Part shown: positions 1-10,061 of the stretch, in pieces
How the letters are laid out: every line of letters starts with the position of its first letter
Numbering within the stretch: the first letter of the stretch is position 1
NCBI GenBank assembly: GCA_947363765.1
Contig: CANAQC010000003.1
Coordinates: forward strand, 7,756-71,755
Reading direction: 5' to 3'
DNA length: 64,000 nucleotides
From: an uncultured Clostridium sp.
Lineage (GTDB): Bacteria; Bacillota; Clostridia; TANB77; CAG-508
The notes under the pieces: model-generated
Told to the model about the DNA's origin: nothing
The model's database searches: none
Seen by the model: only the letters and a program-made list of their open reading frames with translations
Program-made: the position numbers and the translations under genes

Positions 1-702
1 AATTTTGAAGGACCACTTGATTTATTATGTCATTTAATAGATAAAAACAAAATGGATATATATGATATAAAAATTAGTGAAATTACAGACCAATATATGT
101 CATATATTGGACAAGCAGAAGAAATGAATTTAGAAATTACTAGTGAATTTCTAATAATGGCATCTACACTATTATACATTAAATCTAAAGGACTACTACC
201 AAAACAAGAAGAGCCAGAAGAAGAATTAACAGAAGAAGAATTAATTGCGAGAATTATTGAATATAAAAAGTATAAGGAAATAACAAGAAAATTAAGAGAA
301 AATTATATTGAATTTTCGTTAAGGTTTTTCAAACAAGTAGAAGAAATCAATTTGCCAAAACAAAAATTAGAAAAAGAATATACAAATGTTATTATACCAA
401 AGATTTATGAGGAATTAATAAGCAGAAGCAAAAATCGACTTAACCAAAATGCAGATAATATTAAAAAAATTGCAATAACTGATACATATACAGTTTCGAG
501 CAAAGTAAAAGAAATGTTTAAAGAATTATTAAAAAAACCAAAATTTATATTTAATAAATTGTATTCATTATCAAAGTGTAATAAACAAGAAGTAGTAACA
601 GCATTTACAGGTCTATTAGAATTAACAAGAAGAGATAAAGTAACAACAACACAAGAAGAACTATTTGGAGATATTATAGTAGAAAAAAATAAAAAAGTGT
701 AA
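1..702 (+). CDS. scpA: Segregation and condensation protein A (ScpA), 5' end cut by window edge
   Basis: Frame 1 is open from nt 1 (NFEGPLDLLCHLIDKNKMDIYDIKISEITDQY...), the conserved ScpA N-terminal motif. The listed ORF 52..702 is the same frame. Confidence 0.8.
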   Translation, partial: NFEGPLDLLCHLIDKNKMDIYDIKISEITDQYMSYIGQAEEMNLEITSEFLIMASTLLYIKSKGLLPKQEEPEEELTEEELIARIIEYKKYKEITRKLRENYIEFSLRFFKQVEEINLPKQKLEKEYTNVIIPKIYEELISRSKNRLNQNADNIKKIAITDTYTVSSKVKEMFKELLKKPKFIFNKLYSLSKCNKQEVVTAFTGLLELTRRDKVTTTQEELFGDIIVEKNKKV

Positions 703-904
703 GGTTATAATATTGTACATTTCTACTAAAAACGCAGAAGCATGTAAAATGGATGAAACAAAATAAAATGAGCAAGAGTAAAAATTGGGGTCACTTCAAT
801 TACTTTGCTCATTTTTAAATTTGCAAAATATCAATAAATATGGTATTATATGTATATTGGCAAAAAAATGCCACATACATCCGAAAGAATAGGAGGAAAA
901 GAAA

Positions 905-1414
905 TTGAGAAAAGAAAACCGGATGAAACTAGCACTGTTACTATTGGCTATATTTAGTGTAAACATACTAAATATAACTATAGAGGTAAGTGCAAAGGAA
1001 ACTAATTCTTCGTATAAGTACTATGAAGAAGAACTTAAGGAAAGACAAGATGACTATTTGCAAGCATATGAAGCTGGAATTATTACAAAGGATTTATATG
1101 ACTTTGTACTAGATTTTTTAGAAGAAAAAGAATCTAGTATTACCAAAAAAGATGCTTGGAAACAGTATGGTGACTTTCCAGATGAATATGTATCTGTATT
1201 AATAGAATATGCAGATGTAGAATTAGACTTTCTAGGAGAAATAATTTGGGAAGAAAGTAATAATCTTAAATCTGTAGAACAAATTAGAAATAGTTACAAT
1301 GCAGATATGGTATTTATCGAACAAGAACTTGAAATTTATGGAATAGAAATAAATTTGCAAGTTACAAAGCAAGAGTTTGTAAAAGAGTTTCCTATACTTT
1401 CGGCTGTTGGGTAA
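905..1414 (+). CDS. Hypothetical secreted protein (signal peptide)
   Basis: AGGAGG sits 6 nt upstream of the TTG start. The N-terminus is MRKENRMKLALLLLAIFSV...SAKE. I recognise no family. Codon 6 is an in-frame CGG. Confidence 0.45.
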   Translation: MRKENRMKLALLLLAIFSVNILNITIEVSAKETNSSYKYYEEELKERQDDYLQAYEAGIITKDLYDFVLDFLEEKESSITKKDAWKQYGDFPDEYVSVLIEYADVELDFLGEIIWEESNNLKSVEQIRNSYNADMVFIEQELEIYGIEINLQVTKQEFVKEFPILSAVG

Positions 1415-1427
1415 GACCAAGCAAGAA

Positions 1428-1462
1428 GCGAACCAGAGAGAGTTTTTTTGGGTTCGCTTTTT
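1428..1462 (+). terminator. Rho-independent terminator
   Basis: GCGAACC ... GGTTCGC stem followed by a T-run, directly after the stop at 1414. Confidence 0.55.
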
Positions 1463-1531
1463 GTTTGGTCTTTATAGATATTAAACAAATGTAGTATACA
1501 TTATAGTCGAAAATTATATTTGGCAAAAAAA

Positions 1532-1538
1532 TGTCGAA
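1532..1538 (+). promoter_or_regulatory. Candidate Spo0A box (TGTCGAA) upstream of spoIIAA
   Basis: Exact TGNCGAA consensus about 100 nt upstream of spoIIAA. A second near-match, AGTCGAA, is at 1505..1511. Confidence 0.4.
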
Positions 1539-1638
1539 AACTTCTCATAAATCGCTAAAACTTCTCATGTTTTGCTATTGGAAAAAATTACCATATAGTA
1601 TATAATCTAAAAACAAGGAAAAATAAGGAGGAGTTAAA

Positions 1639-1962
1639 TTGAGGACAAGTTATAAAGAAAAAAGTAAACAATTAATTTTTGAGATAACAGAAGAAATTGA
1701 TCATCATATGGTAGAAAAAATAAGGAGGAAAATGGATAATGAAATTACAAGATATGTTCCAAGAGAAATTGTGTTTGATTTTAATAAAGTTACTTTTATG
1801 GACAGTGCAGGAATCGGAATGTTAATAGGAAGATATAAAATGATAAAAAGATTAGGGGGAAGTGCCAATTTAAAAAATGTAAGTCCTAGTGTAAAGAAAA
1901 TTTTTGAGATGTCTGGTGTATTAAAATTAATACCAATTCAAGATAATGAAGAAATAGCATAA
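1639..1962 (+). CDS. spoIIAA: Anti-sigma-F factor antagonist SpoIIAA (STAS domain)
   Basis: 107 aa with the phosphorylatable-Ser motif FMDSAGIG. AAGGAGG RBS. First gene of the spoIIAA-AB-sigF order. Confidence 0.9.
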   Translation: MRTSYKEKSKQLIFEITEEIDHHMVEKIRRKMDNEITRYVPREIVFDFNKVTFMDSAGIGMLIGRYKMIKRLGGSANLKNVSPSVKKIFEMSGVLKLIPIQDNEEIA

Positions 1963-1990
1963 TAAAAAATAAATTATAGGAGGTAATATT

Positions 1991-2473
1991 GTGAAAAATC
2001 TAAATGAAAATGAAATGAAGTTAGAATTTTTAAGTAAATCAAACAATGAAGCTTTTGCTCGTATTAGTGTTGCAGCTTTTGCATCTCAATTAGATCCAAC
2101 AGTTGAAGAATTAGCAGATATTAAAACAGCTGTATCAGAAGCTGTTACTAATTGCATTATTCATGGATATGAAGATAGTAATGAAATAATTACTATTAAT
2201 TGTAAAATATGTGCAAATACCATTGTAATTGAAATTTCAGATAATGGAAAGGGAATTGAAAATGTGGATATAGCAAAAGAACCATTATATACTTCAAAAC
2301 CAGATTTAGAGCGTTCTGGAATGGGATTTACAATTATGGAGAGTTTTATGGATGATTTAGAAGTAGAATCTATTCTTGGGCTTGGGACTAAAGTAACAAT
2401 GAAAAAAGTAATTAAACAAAAAGAAGAAACAAGTATAAATAATGATAAAATTTTTACTTCGTTTAGAATATAA
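1991..2473 (+). CDS. spoIIAB: Anti-sigma-F factor / serine kinase SpoIIAB
   Basis: HATPase_c-type motifs ([28 protein letters not shown]). GTG start after AGGAGG. Lies between spoIIAA and sigF. Confidence 0.9.
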   Translation: MKNLNENEMKLEFLSKSNNEAFARISVAAFASQLDPTVEELADIKTAVSEAVTNCIIHGYEDSNEIITINCKICANTIVIEISDNGKGIENVDIAKEPLYTSKPDLERSGMGFTIMESFMDDLEVESILGLGTKVTMKKVIKQKEETSINNDKIFTSFRI

Positions 2474-2523
2474 ATTAAAAACAAAAGAATAACTAATCAA
2501 GAAAAAGAAAGGATGCTTAGGGT

Positions 2524-3246
2524 ATGTATAAAAATAATTTACAAGACATACACAAAGCCCAAAAAGGTAGCAAAGAAGCGATGACAAGATTAGTAGAAAA
2601 TAACAAAGGATTAATATGGAATATAGTTAAAAGATTTAATGGTAGAGGATATGAAACAGAAGATTTATACCAAATTGGGTGTATGGGATTTATTAAAGCA
2701 ATTAAACGTTTTGATACCAATTTTGAAGTGCAAGTATCTACATATGCAGTTCCATATATATTAGGGGAAATTAAGCGATTTATTCGTGATGATGGAATGG
2801 TAAGAGTGAGTAGAAGTACAAAAGAATTAGCAATGAAGATATTAGAATTTCAAAAAGAATATATAGCAAAAAATGGTCATGAGATTACTATAACACAATT
2901 AGAAAAAGAACTAAAAATATCGAAAGAAGAAATTACATATGCACTAGATTCTTTAAAACCAGTTACATCAATTTACGAACAAACAAATCAAGGAGGAGAA
3001 GACGAAAGAACTGTAATTGATAAATTAGGAACACAAAAAGATGAAGCTAGTATGGTAATTGATAAATTAGCTTTAAAACAGTTAATAGAAAATTTAGACA
3101 AAAGAGAACAAGAAATTATTATGCTTAGATTTTATAAAGATAAAACACAATCAGAAGTTGCAAAAATACTAGGAATTACGCAAGTACAAGTATCTAGATT
3201 AGAGAAAAAAATTTTAAATTCTATGAAATTAAAATTAACTTGTTAA
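2524..3246 (+). CDS. sigF: Sporulation sigma factor SigF
   Basis: Sigma-70 regions 2-4 (DLYQIGCMGFIKAIKRFD, QSEVAKILGITQVQVSRLEKK). Position immediately after spoIIAB. Confidence 0.9.
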   Translation: MYKNNLQDIHKAQKGSKEAMTRLVENNKGLIWNIVKRFNGRGYETEDLYQIGCMGFIKAIKRFDTNFEVQVSTYAVPYILGEIKRFIRDDGMVRVSRSTKELAMKILEFQKEYIAKNGHEITITQLEKELKISKEEITYALDSLKPVTSIYEQTNQGGEDERTVIDKLGTQKDEASMVIDKLALKQLIENLDKREQEIIMLRFYKDKTQSEVAKILGITQVQVSRLEKKILNSMKLKLTC

Positions 3247-3267
3247 AAAATAAAAAGGAGGATATAA

Positions 3268-4272
3268 ATGAGGAAAATTATTATTATCACAATTTTATTA
3301 ATACAGATTTTATTTCTGGTTCCAATTTTATTTACTCAAAAATTTGAAACAAAACAAACAAGTATAGAAGAAAATGTTGTAAATAATAAAAATGAAACAC
3401 TAGATACAAGTTATGATTATAAAAATTATAATCAAATTAAATTATATCATCAAAGTACAAAGGAAATTGAAACCATTAATTTAGATGAATATTTGTGTAA
3501 TGTAGTATCTGCAGAAATGCCAGCTGATTTTGAACAAGAGGCATTAAAAGCACAAGCGGTAGTTGCAAGAACTTATACAATATATAAAATTATAAATAAT
3601 AATAATAAACATCCAGATGCAGATATTTGTGATAGTAGTGATTGTTGCCAAGCATGGATTTCAAAGCAAAACCGTTTAGAAAGATGGGAAGAAGAAGTAA
3701 GACAAAGTAATTGGCAGAAAATTGAACAAGCAGTATACAACACAAAAGGAAAGTTAATAACTTATGATAAAAAACCAATTAATGCATTTTTTCATTCAAA
3801 TAGTGGAGGAAAGACGGAAGTGCCAATAAATGTATGGGGAGGTTCTGGATACCCATATTTACAAACAGTAGAAACTGTAGGTGAAGATCAATATAGTCAA
3901 TATCAATCAGAAGTAATCTTAGAAAAAGATGAATTTGTTAAAAAAATAAAGGAAAAACATACTAATTTAGAAATTGATTTTTCAAAAGAAGATGCTATTC
4001 AAGTAAAAGAGAAAACTGATAGTAATCGCATAAAAACTTTAAAAGTAGGAAATTTAGAATTAGCAGGAGTAGAGATAAGAACATTATTAGGACTTCGTTC
4101 TACTGCTTTTACTTATGAAATACAAGAAGATAAAATAAAATTTTTAGTTATTGGTTATGGTCATGGAGTTGGAATGAGTCAAACAGGAGCAGATGCACTT
4201 GCAAAACAAGGAAAGAATTATGAAGACATTATAAAACATTTTTATACAGGAGTTGAAATTATAGATATGTAA
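3268..4272 (+). CDS. spoIID: Stage II sporulation protein D (SpoIID lytic transglycosylase)
   Basis: N-terminal TM helix, then SpoIID motifs (EALKAQAVVARTY, FHSNSGGKTE, GHGVGMSQTGA). Confidence 0.85.
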   Translation: MRKIIIITILLIQILFLVPILFTQKFETKQTSIEENVVNNKNETLDTSYDYKNYNQIKLYHQSTKEIETINLDEYLCNVVSAEMPADFEQEALKAQAVVARTYTIYKIINNNNKHPDADICDSSDCCQAWISKQNRLERWEEEVRQSNWQKIEQAVYNTKGKLITYDKKPINAFFHSNSGGKTEVPINVWGGSGYPYLQTVETVGEDQYSQYQSEVILEKDEFVKKIKEKHTNLEIDFSKEDAIQVKEKTDSNRIKTLKVGNLELAGVEIRTLLGLRSTAFTYEIQEDKIKFLVIGYGHGVGMSQTGADALAKQGKNYEDIIKHFYTGVEIIDM

Positions 4273-4364
4273 ATAACATACCAGATTATTTTTAAATAAA
4301 ATGAATAAATATTACAAATAAAGGAAATACTCTAACTAAATTAAAAAGTTTAGGAGGAGTTAAC

Positions 4365-5156
4365 ATGAGAAGAGAAATTAGAAGACAAGAAGAAGAAAAG
4401 AAAATGCATAATTTATTATATGTTGGAGGAAGTTTATTAGCAATTGCAGTAATTGCATTTGCAATTGTATTTTTTATTTATGGAAATAACATGGAAAAAC
4501 AATCTATATTAGATACCCAAAAATTTTCTAGTTTAGTAGAGGAAAATACTAATACACAACAGGCAAGTACACAAATGGGAAAAACAATAGAAGAATCTCA
4601 AAATCAAACTATAACTGAAAATAAAACAGAAACAAAATCTAATACACAAACAAAACAAACTAAGACAGATACAAAAAAGCAGACTGAAACAAAAAAAGAA
4701 GAAGTAAAACAAGAAACAAAAAAAGATGAACAACAAGAAAATAAACAAGAAATAAAATTTACAAAACCTATAGATGGAGAGATAGTAAAAGAATATGCAA
4801 AAGATAAATTAGTATATTCAGAAACATTAAAAGAATGGACTACTCATTTAGGATGGGATATAAAAGCAGATAAAACAACAGTAGTAAAAGCAGCATGTAG
4901 TGGAAAGGTAAAATCCATAAAAAATGATCCAAGATATGGTTTATCAGTTATAATAGAACATCAAGATGGATATGAAACATTATATTCTAATTTATTATCT
5001 TCAGAATTTGTACAAGTAGGAGAAGAAATTAAACAATCAGATAGTATTGGTACAGTAGGAAATACAGCAGCATTTGAAATTGCAGATGAATCTCATTTAC
5101 ATTTTGAAATAACAAAAAATGGAGAAAATGTTGATCCATCTACTTTAATAAAATAG
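4365..5156 (+). CDS. spoIIQ: Membrane-anchored LytM/M23-domain protein, SpoIIQ-like
   Basis: N-terminal TM helix, a K/T/Q/E-rich linker, and a C-terminal M23 fold ending HLHFEI. Adjacency to spoIID matches the clostridial spoIID-spoIIQ arrangement. The name is an inference. Confidence 0.5.
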   Translation: MRREIRRQEEEKKMHNLLYVGGSLLAIAVIAFAIVFFIYGNNMEKQSILDTQKFSSLVEENTNTQQASTQMGKTIEESQNQTITENKTETKSNTQTKQTKTDTKKQTETKKEEVKQETKKDEQQENKQEIKFTKPIDGEIVKEYAKDKLVYSETLKEWTTHLGWDIKADKTTVVKAACSGKVKSIKNDPRYGLSVIIEHQDGYETLYSNLLSSEFVQVGEEIKQSDSIGTVGNTAAFEIADESHLHFEITKNGENVDPSTLIK

Positions 5157-5162
5157 TATAAT

Positions 5163-5205
5163 AAAAAAGAGTTTATTAAATTATAATTTTTTAAACTCTT
5201 TTTTT
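5163..5205 (+). terminator. Rho-independent terminator
   Basis: AAAAAAGAGTTTA ... TAAACTCTTTTTTT hairpin with a T-run after the stop at 5156. Confidence 0.7.
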
Positions 5206-5266
5206 AATCTTGTTTTTTAAAGTACTGTATGATAATATAAAAAAAGAAAAAAGGAGAGTGATTTTT

Positions 5267-6091
5267 TTGAAGATTACAGATATAAATGAATTAGAAAAAA
5301 TTGCAAAAAATATTAGAGTAGGTATAATAAAACAGGTATATAGTGGAAAATCTGGACATCCAGGTGGTTCTCTTTCATGTACAGATATTTTAACAGTTCT
5401 ATATTTTAATCAAATGAATATTGACCATGAAAAACCAAATTCGCCAAGTAGAGACCGTTTTGTTTTATCAAAAGGTCATGCATCACCAGCACTATATAGT
5501 ACTCTTGCAAATAGAGGCTACTTTGATAAAGAACAATTAGCTACATTTAGAGGAATAGATAGTATTTTACAAGGACACCCAGATATGAAACATATTAAAG
5601 GTGTAGATATGAGTACTGGTTCATTAGGACAAGGATTGTCTTGTGCAAATGGTATGGCAATGGCATCTAAATTAAGAAAGGATGGAAATAGAGTATATTG
5701 TTTAGTAGGAGATGGAGAAATAGAAGAAGGACAAATTTGGGAAGCTTGTATGAGTGCAAGTCATTATAAATTAGATAATTTATGTGTAATTGTTGATAAT
5801 AATAATTTACAAATTGATGGTAATATTGAAGAAGTAATGAATTCATATCCTATTAATTTAAAGTTTGAAAGTTTTGGATTTAATGTAATAAATGTAGATG
5901 GTCATAATATAAAAGAACTAATAGATGCTTTTAATAAAGCAAAGCTTGTAAAAGGAAGACCAACAGTAATTATTGCAAAAACTATAAAAGGAAAAGGGGT
6001 AAGTTTTATGGAAAACCAAGTTGGATGGCATGGAAAAGCACCAAATGAAGAGCAGTATAATATTGCAATAAAGGAATTAGAACAAGCTTAA
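5267..6091 (+). CDS. Transketolase, N-terminal (TPP-binding) subunit
   Basis: SGHPGGSLS and GDGEIEEGQIWEA motifs. The likely start is TTG 5267 after AAGGAGAG. The ORF track begins at 5210 in the same frame. Confidence 0.85.
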   Translation: MKITDINELEKIAKNIRVGIIKQVYSGKSGHPGGSLSCTDILTVLYFNQMNIDHEKPNSPSRDRFVLSKGHASPALYSTLANRGYFDKEQLATFRGIDSILQGHPDMKHIKGVDMSTGSLGQGLSCANGMAMASKLRKDGNRVYCLVGDGEIEEGQIWEACMSASHYKLDNLCVIVDNNNLQIDGNIEEVMNSYPINLKFESFGFNVINVDGHNIKELIDAFNKAKLVKGRPTVIIAKTIKGKGVSFMENQVGWHGKAPNEEQYNIAIKELEQA

Positions 6092-6117
6092 AAAATATAT
6101 GAAGGGTAGGAAAAATT

Positions 6118-7051
6118 ATGAATATAGATTCAAAAATTGCAACAAGGGAAAGTTATGGAGAAAAATTAGCAGAAATTGGAAAGAAAAATGAAAATATTGT
6201 TGTATTAGATGCAGATTTAGCAGAAGCTACAAAAACTAGTGTTTTTAAAAGCAAGTTTCCAGAAAGATTTTTTGATATGGGAATTGCAGAACAAGATATG
6301 ATTTCTACTTCTGCACGGAATGGCAAGTTGTGGAATGATACCATTTGTTAGTACATTTGCAATGTTTGCAGCAGGTAGAGCATATGATCAAATTAGAAAC
6401 AGTATATGTTATCCTAAATTAAATGTAAAAATATGTGCAACACATGCAGGAATATCTGTTGGAGAAGATGGAGCAACTCATCAAATGTTAGAAGATTTAG
6501 GTTTAATGAGAGGATTGCCTAATATGACAGTTCTTAGTACATCAGATGATGTTCAAACTAAATGGGCTATTGAAGAAATTTTAAAAATACAAGGTCCTGT
6601 ATATGTAAGATTAGGAAGATTAAAATCACCAGTAATTTACGACAAAAACCAAAAATTTGAAATTGGAAAAGGAATTCAAATAGGAGAAGGAACAGATGCA
6701 ACAGTTATTGCAACAGGACTTATGGTATCTGAAGCAATACTTGCAAAAGAAGAACTAGAAAAAGAAGGAATTAATATTCGTGTAGTAGATATGCATACAA
6801 TTAAACCAATAGATGAAGAATTAATTATTAAATGTGCAAAACAAACAAAACGAATAATAACAATTGAAGACCATAGTATTATTGGAGGACTTGGAAGTGC
6901 TGTATGTGAAGTACTTTGCAAAAGTTATCCTAAAAATGTAACAAGACTTGGTATGAAAGACCGTTTTGGCAAATCTGGAAAAGCAGAAAAACTATTAGAA
7001 TATTTTGGATTAACAAAGGATGGTATTATAAAAGAAATTAAAAACATGTAA
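6118..7051 (+). pseudogene. Transketolase, C-terminal subunit, interrupted by an apparent +1 frameshift at C6316 (in-frame CGG)
   Basis: ORFs 6118..6351 and 6320..7051 are the two halves of one protein. Skipping C6316 gives ...[41 protein letters not shown]. Confidence 0.85.
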
Positions 7052-7221
7052 CAAAAAAGTAATAAAAATTTAATAAATCTTAAAAAGTGCTAGAAATAAT
7101 AATAAAGTGACAATTTCTATCACTTTTTTTGTGTTTTAGTATTGCAATCAAGTTTTTTTATTGATATGATTAAAAAGGATATATATTATATAAAACCTAA
7201 ACTGAAATTAGGAGTAAAAAC

Positions 7222-7908
7222 ATGATTGAATTTAGAAATGTGAAAAAGACATATGGAACAGGAACAGAAGCAGTTCATAATGCTAATTTTATAATAGAAA
7301 AAGGAGAGTTTGCTTTTTTGGTTGGTTCATCTGGTTCTGGAAAATCTACTCTTATAAAATTAATATTAAAAGAAGAGGAACCTAGTTCAGGAAACATTAT
7401 TATTAATGGTAAAGATACAACATTTTTAAAGAAAAATAGAGTTCCATATTTACGTAGGAGTATGGGAATAGTATTTCAAGATTTTAGATTATTACCAGAT
7501 AAAACAGTATATGAAAATGTAGCATTTGCTATGTATATTGTAAAAGCTTCACCAAGACATATTAGAAGACAAGTTCCAATGGTATTGTCTTTAGTAGGAT
7601 TAAGTGGTAAAGCAAAAATGTATCCAAATGAATTATCTGGAGGAGAACAACAAAGGGTAGCACTTGCAAGAGCATTAGTTAATAATCCATCTATGTTAAT
7701 TGCAGATGAACCAACTGGAAACTTAGATCCTGACACTGCCTGGGATATTATGATGTTATTAAATGAAATTAATATGAGAGGAACAACAGTTATTGTTGCA
7801 ACTCATGCAAAAGATATTGTAGACAGAATGAAAAAAAGAGTTATTCAAATTGAAAAAGGTGATATCGTAAGAGACGATAAAAAAGGTGGTTATGACAGTG
7901 AAGTATAA
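7222..7908 (+). CDS. ftsE: Cell-division ABC ATPase FtsE
   Basis: Walker A GSSGSGKST, signature LSGGEQQRV, Walker B LIADEPTGNLD. Followed by ftsX. Confidence 0.9.
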   Translation: MIEFRNVKKTYGTGTEAVHNANFIIEKGEFAFLVGSSGSGKSTLIKLILKEEEPSSGNIIINGKDTTFLKKNRVPYLRRSMGIVFQDFRLLPDKTVYENVAFAMYIVKASPRHIRRQVPMVLSLVGLSGKAKMYPNELSGGEQQRVALARALVNNPSMLIADEPTGNLDPDTAWDIMMLLNEINMRGTTVIVATHAKDIVDRMKKRVIQIEKGDIVRDDKKGGYDSEV

Positions 7909-8800
7909 TGTAATTGGTTATTTAGTTGGAGAGGGTTTCCAAAATGTATTTAAAAATAAAAAATCAACTGCTGCATCTTTAATTATTATGTGTTTATCAA
8001 TGATGATATTTGGAATATTTTTTCTAATTGGAGAAAATGTTAACTATATAATTGAAAATATTGAAGAAGCACAAGGAATACGTGTATTTATTAAAAGTGA
8101 TACAACAGATAGTCAAATTAGAGAATTAGGGAGTAAAATTGAAGCATTAGAAGGAGTTAGTAATGTTAACTTCTTAGATAAGGAATATGCCTTAAATGAG
8201 ATGAAAGAAACACTAAAAGATAATCCAGAGTTAATGGAGGCATATGAAGGAGAAGATAATATATTTTCAGCATCTTACTTAGTAAATCTTTCTGATTTGA
8301 AATTAAATGAAGATATACAAACACAGATTTTATCAATGGAACATGTAAAAAGAATTACAAGTAGTAATAAAACAATTTCGACATTAATTGGAGTTGCAAA
8401 TGCTATTAGAATTGTTACAGGAGTTATTTTAGTAGTATTAATTATTATTTCAATTTTTATTATTTCAAATACTATAAAACTTACTGTCCATGCAAGAAGA
8501 AAAGAAATATCTATAATGAAATATGTAGGAGCAACAAATAGTTTTATTAGATGGCCATTTATTGTAGAAGGAATTATTATTGGTGTTGCATCAGCATTAA
8601 TTACAGTTCTAATTTTGGGACTTACTTATAATGCAATAACAGGTTCTATGTTACAATCTGATCTTGCACAAACATTAGGATTAAAACTAGTTACTTTTAA
8701 AGAAATGTTTAATTTAATAATAATTGTGTATTTAGGATTAGGAATAGGAATGGGAATACTTGGAAGTTCTATTTCAATGAGGAAATATTTAGAAGTATAG
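7886..8800 (+). CDS. ftsX: Cell-division permease-like protein FtsX
   Basis: 4-TM FtsX topology with a large extracellular loop. Overlaps the ftsE stop. An alternative ATG start is at 7892. Confidence 0.85.
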   Translation: MVMTVKYNVIGYLVGEGFQNVFKNKKSTAASLIIMCLSMMIFGIFFLIGENVNYIIENIEEAQGIRVFIKSDTTDSQIRELGSKIEALEGVSNVNFLDKEYALNEMKETLKDNPELMEAYEGEDNIFSASYLVNLSDLKLNEDIQTQILSMEHVKRITSSNKTISTLIGVANAIRIVTGVILVVLIIISIFIISNTIKLTVHARRKEISIMKYVGATNSFIRWPFIVEGIIIGVASALITVLILGLTYNAITGSMLQSDLAQTLGLKLVTFKEMFNLIIIVYLGLGIGMGILGSSISMRKYLEV

Positions 8801-8833
8801 TACAAATGAAAATATATAAGGAGAGGATACAAA

Positions 8834-10024
8834 ATGAAAAAAAAGTTAATAACATTATTAGTAATAGTAATTATTACAATTAGTATGACTTTTAGTTTCG
8901 CAACCTCTATAACAGATTTACAAAATCAGAAGAATAATATACAAAATCAAAAAAATGAGGCAGAAGAACAATTACAACAAGTACAAACAGAAAAAAGTAG
9001 TACAATGGCAGAAATAGAAGAACTAAGTTCAAAAATCAATGAAAATGAAGAAAAGCTAGAAGAATTAAGAAAAGAAGTAGAAGAACTAGAAGAAAATATT
9101 AATAAAAAAGAACAAGAATTAAAACAAGCTGAAGACAAATACAATAAAAATAAAGATTTATTAGATAAACGTTTAATTGCTATACATGAAGCAGGAGAAA
9201 CATCGTTTTTAGATGTTATTCTAAATTCAAAAAGTATAACTGATTTTATTAGCAAATGTTTTTCAGTACAAGAATTAGCAGAACATGATACAGAGTTATT
9301 AAATGCAATTGAAGAAGAAAGAGTAAATCTTGAAGGTCAAAGAGAACAATTAGATTTGCAAAAAGTAAAAGTAAAAACCAAAAAAGCAGAACAAGAAAAA
9401 GCAAATACAATTTTGAAAAATGCCAAAGCACAAAAGAATAGTAAAATATCAAAATTATCAGAAGAAGAAAAAGAATTACAAGAAAAAATAGACCAATTTA
9501 ACTTAGAAATAAGACAATCAGAAATAAGTATACAACAAGCTATAATAAATGCAAATGGTTGGAACATAACAGGAGAAGGCACCGGTGCAGCTAAACCTTT
9601 AACTGGAGGTGTTTTAGAATGGCCATTACCTGTAAATTATGCTACATATTCAAGAATTACATCGTATTTTGGTCCAAGAAAACAACCAATAGCAGGAGCA
9701 TCAACAAACCATGGAGCAATTGATATAGGAATTCCACTTGGAACACCAGTATATTCAGCAGAATTGGGAACAGTTATTATTGCAAGTTGGCAAGGTGGGT
9801 ATGGAAATTTTGTTATGATAAAACATGATAATGGTTTATATACAGCTTATGGACATTTATCAGGCTTTAATGTAAATGTTGGACAACGTGTTTCAAGAGG
9901 ACAACAAATAGCAATATCTGGAAGTACAGGAATAAGTACAGGACCACATTTGCATTTTGAAGTAAGACTTTCACCAGGAGGAAGTTCTAACCGTGTTGAT
10001 CCATTAGATTATTTAACATTATAA
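8834..10024 (+). CDS. Coiled-coil M23 peptidase (EnvC/PcsB-like murein hydrolase or activator)
   Basis: Signal peptide, long K/E-rich coiled coil, and a C-terminal M23 domain (HGAIDIG..., GPHLHFEV). Directly downstream of ftsEX. Confidence 0.8.
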   Translation: MKKKLITLLVIVIITISMTFSFATSITDLQNQKNNIQNQKNEAEEQLQQVQTEKSSTMAEIEELSSKINENEEKLEELRKEVEELEENINKKEQELKQAEDKYNKNKDLLDKRLIAIHEAGETSFLDVILNSKSITDFISKCFSVQELAEHDTELLNAIEEERVNLEGQREQLDLQKVKVKTKKAEQEKANTILKNAKAQKNSKISKLSEEEKELQEKIDQFNLEIRQSEISIQQAIINANGWNITGEGTGAAKPLTGGVLEWPLPVNYATYSRITSYFGPRKQPIAGASTNHGAIDIGIPLGTPVYSAELGTVIIASWQGGYGNFVMIKHDNGLYTAYGHLSGFNVNVGQRVSRGQQIAISGSTGISTGPHLHFEVRLSPGGSSNRVDPLDYLTL

Positions 10025-10061
10025 TAAATATAAAAATAAAATGAAAAGGAGAAAATTAGTA

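Noticed and set aside
8947-9582. Minus-strand ORFs (8947..9255, 9249..9452, 9337..9582) antisense to the first M23 gene
   Set aside because: They are low-complexity Leu/Phe/Ser-rich mirror images of the K/E-rich coiled-coil coding strand, with no RBS. The same reasoning applies to 10492..10915, 4533..4748, 29027..29470, 58032..58546 and the other antisense ORFs in the track.
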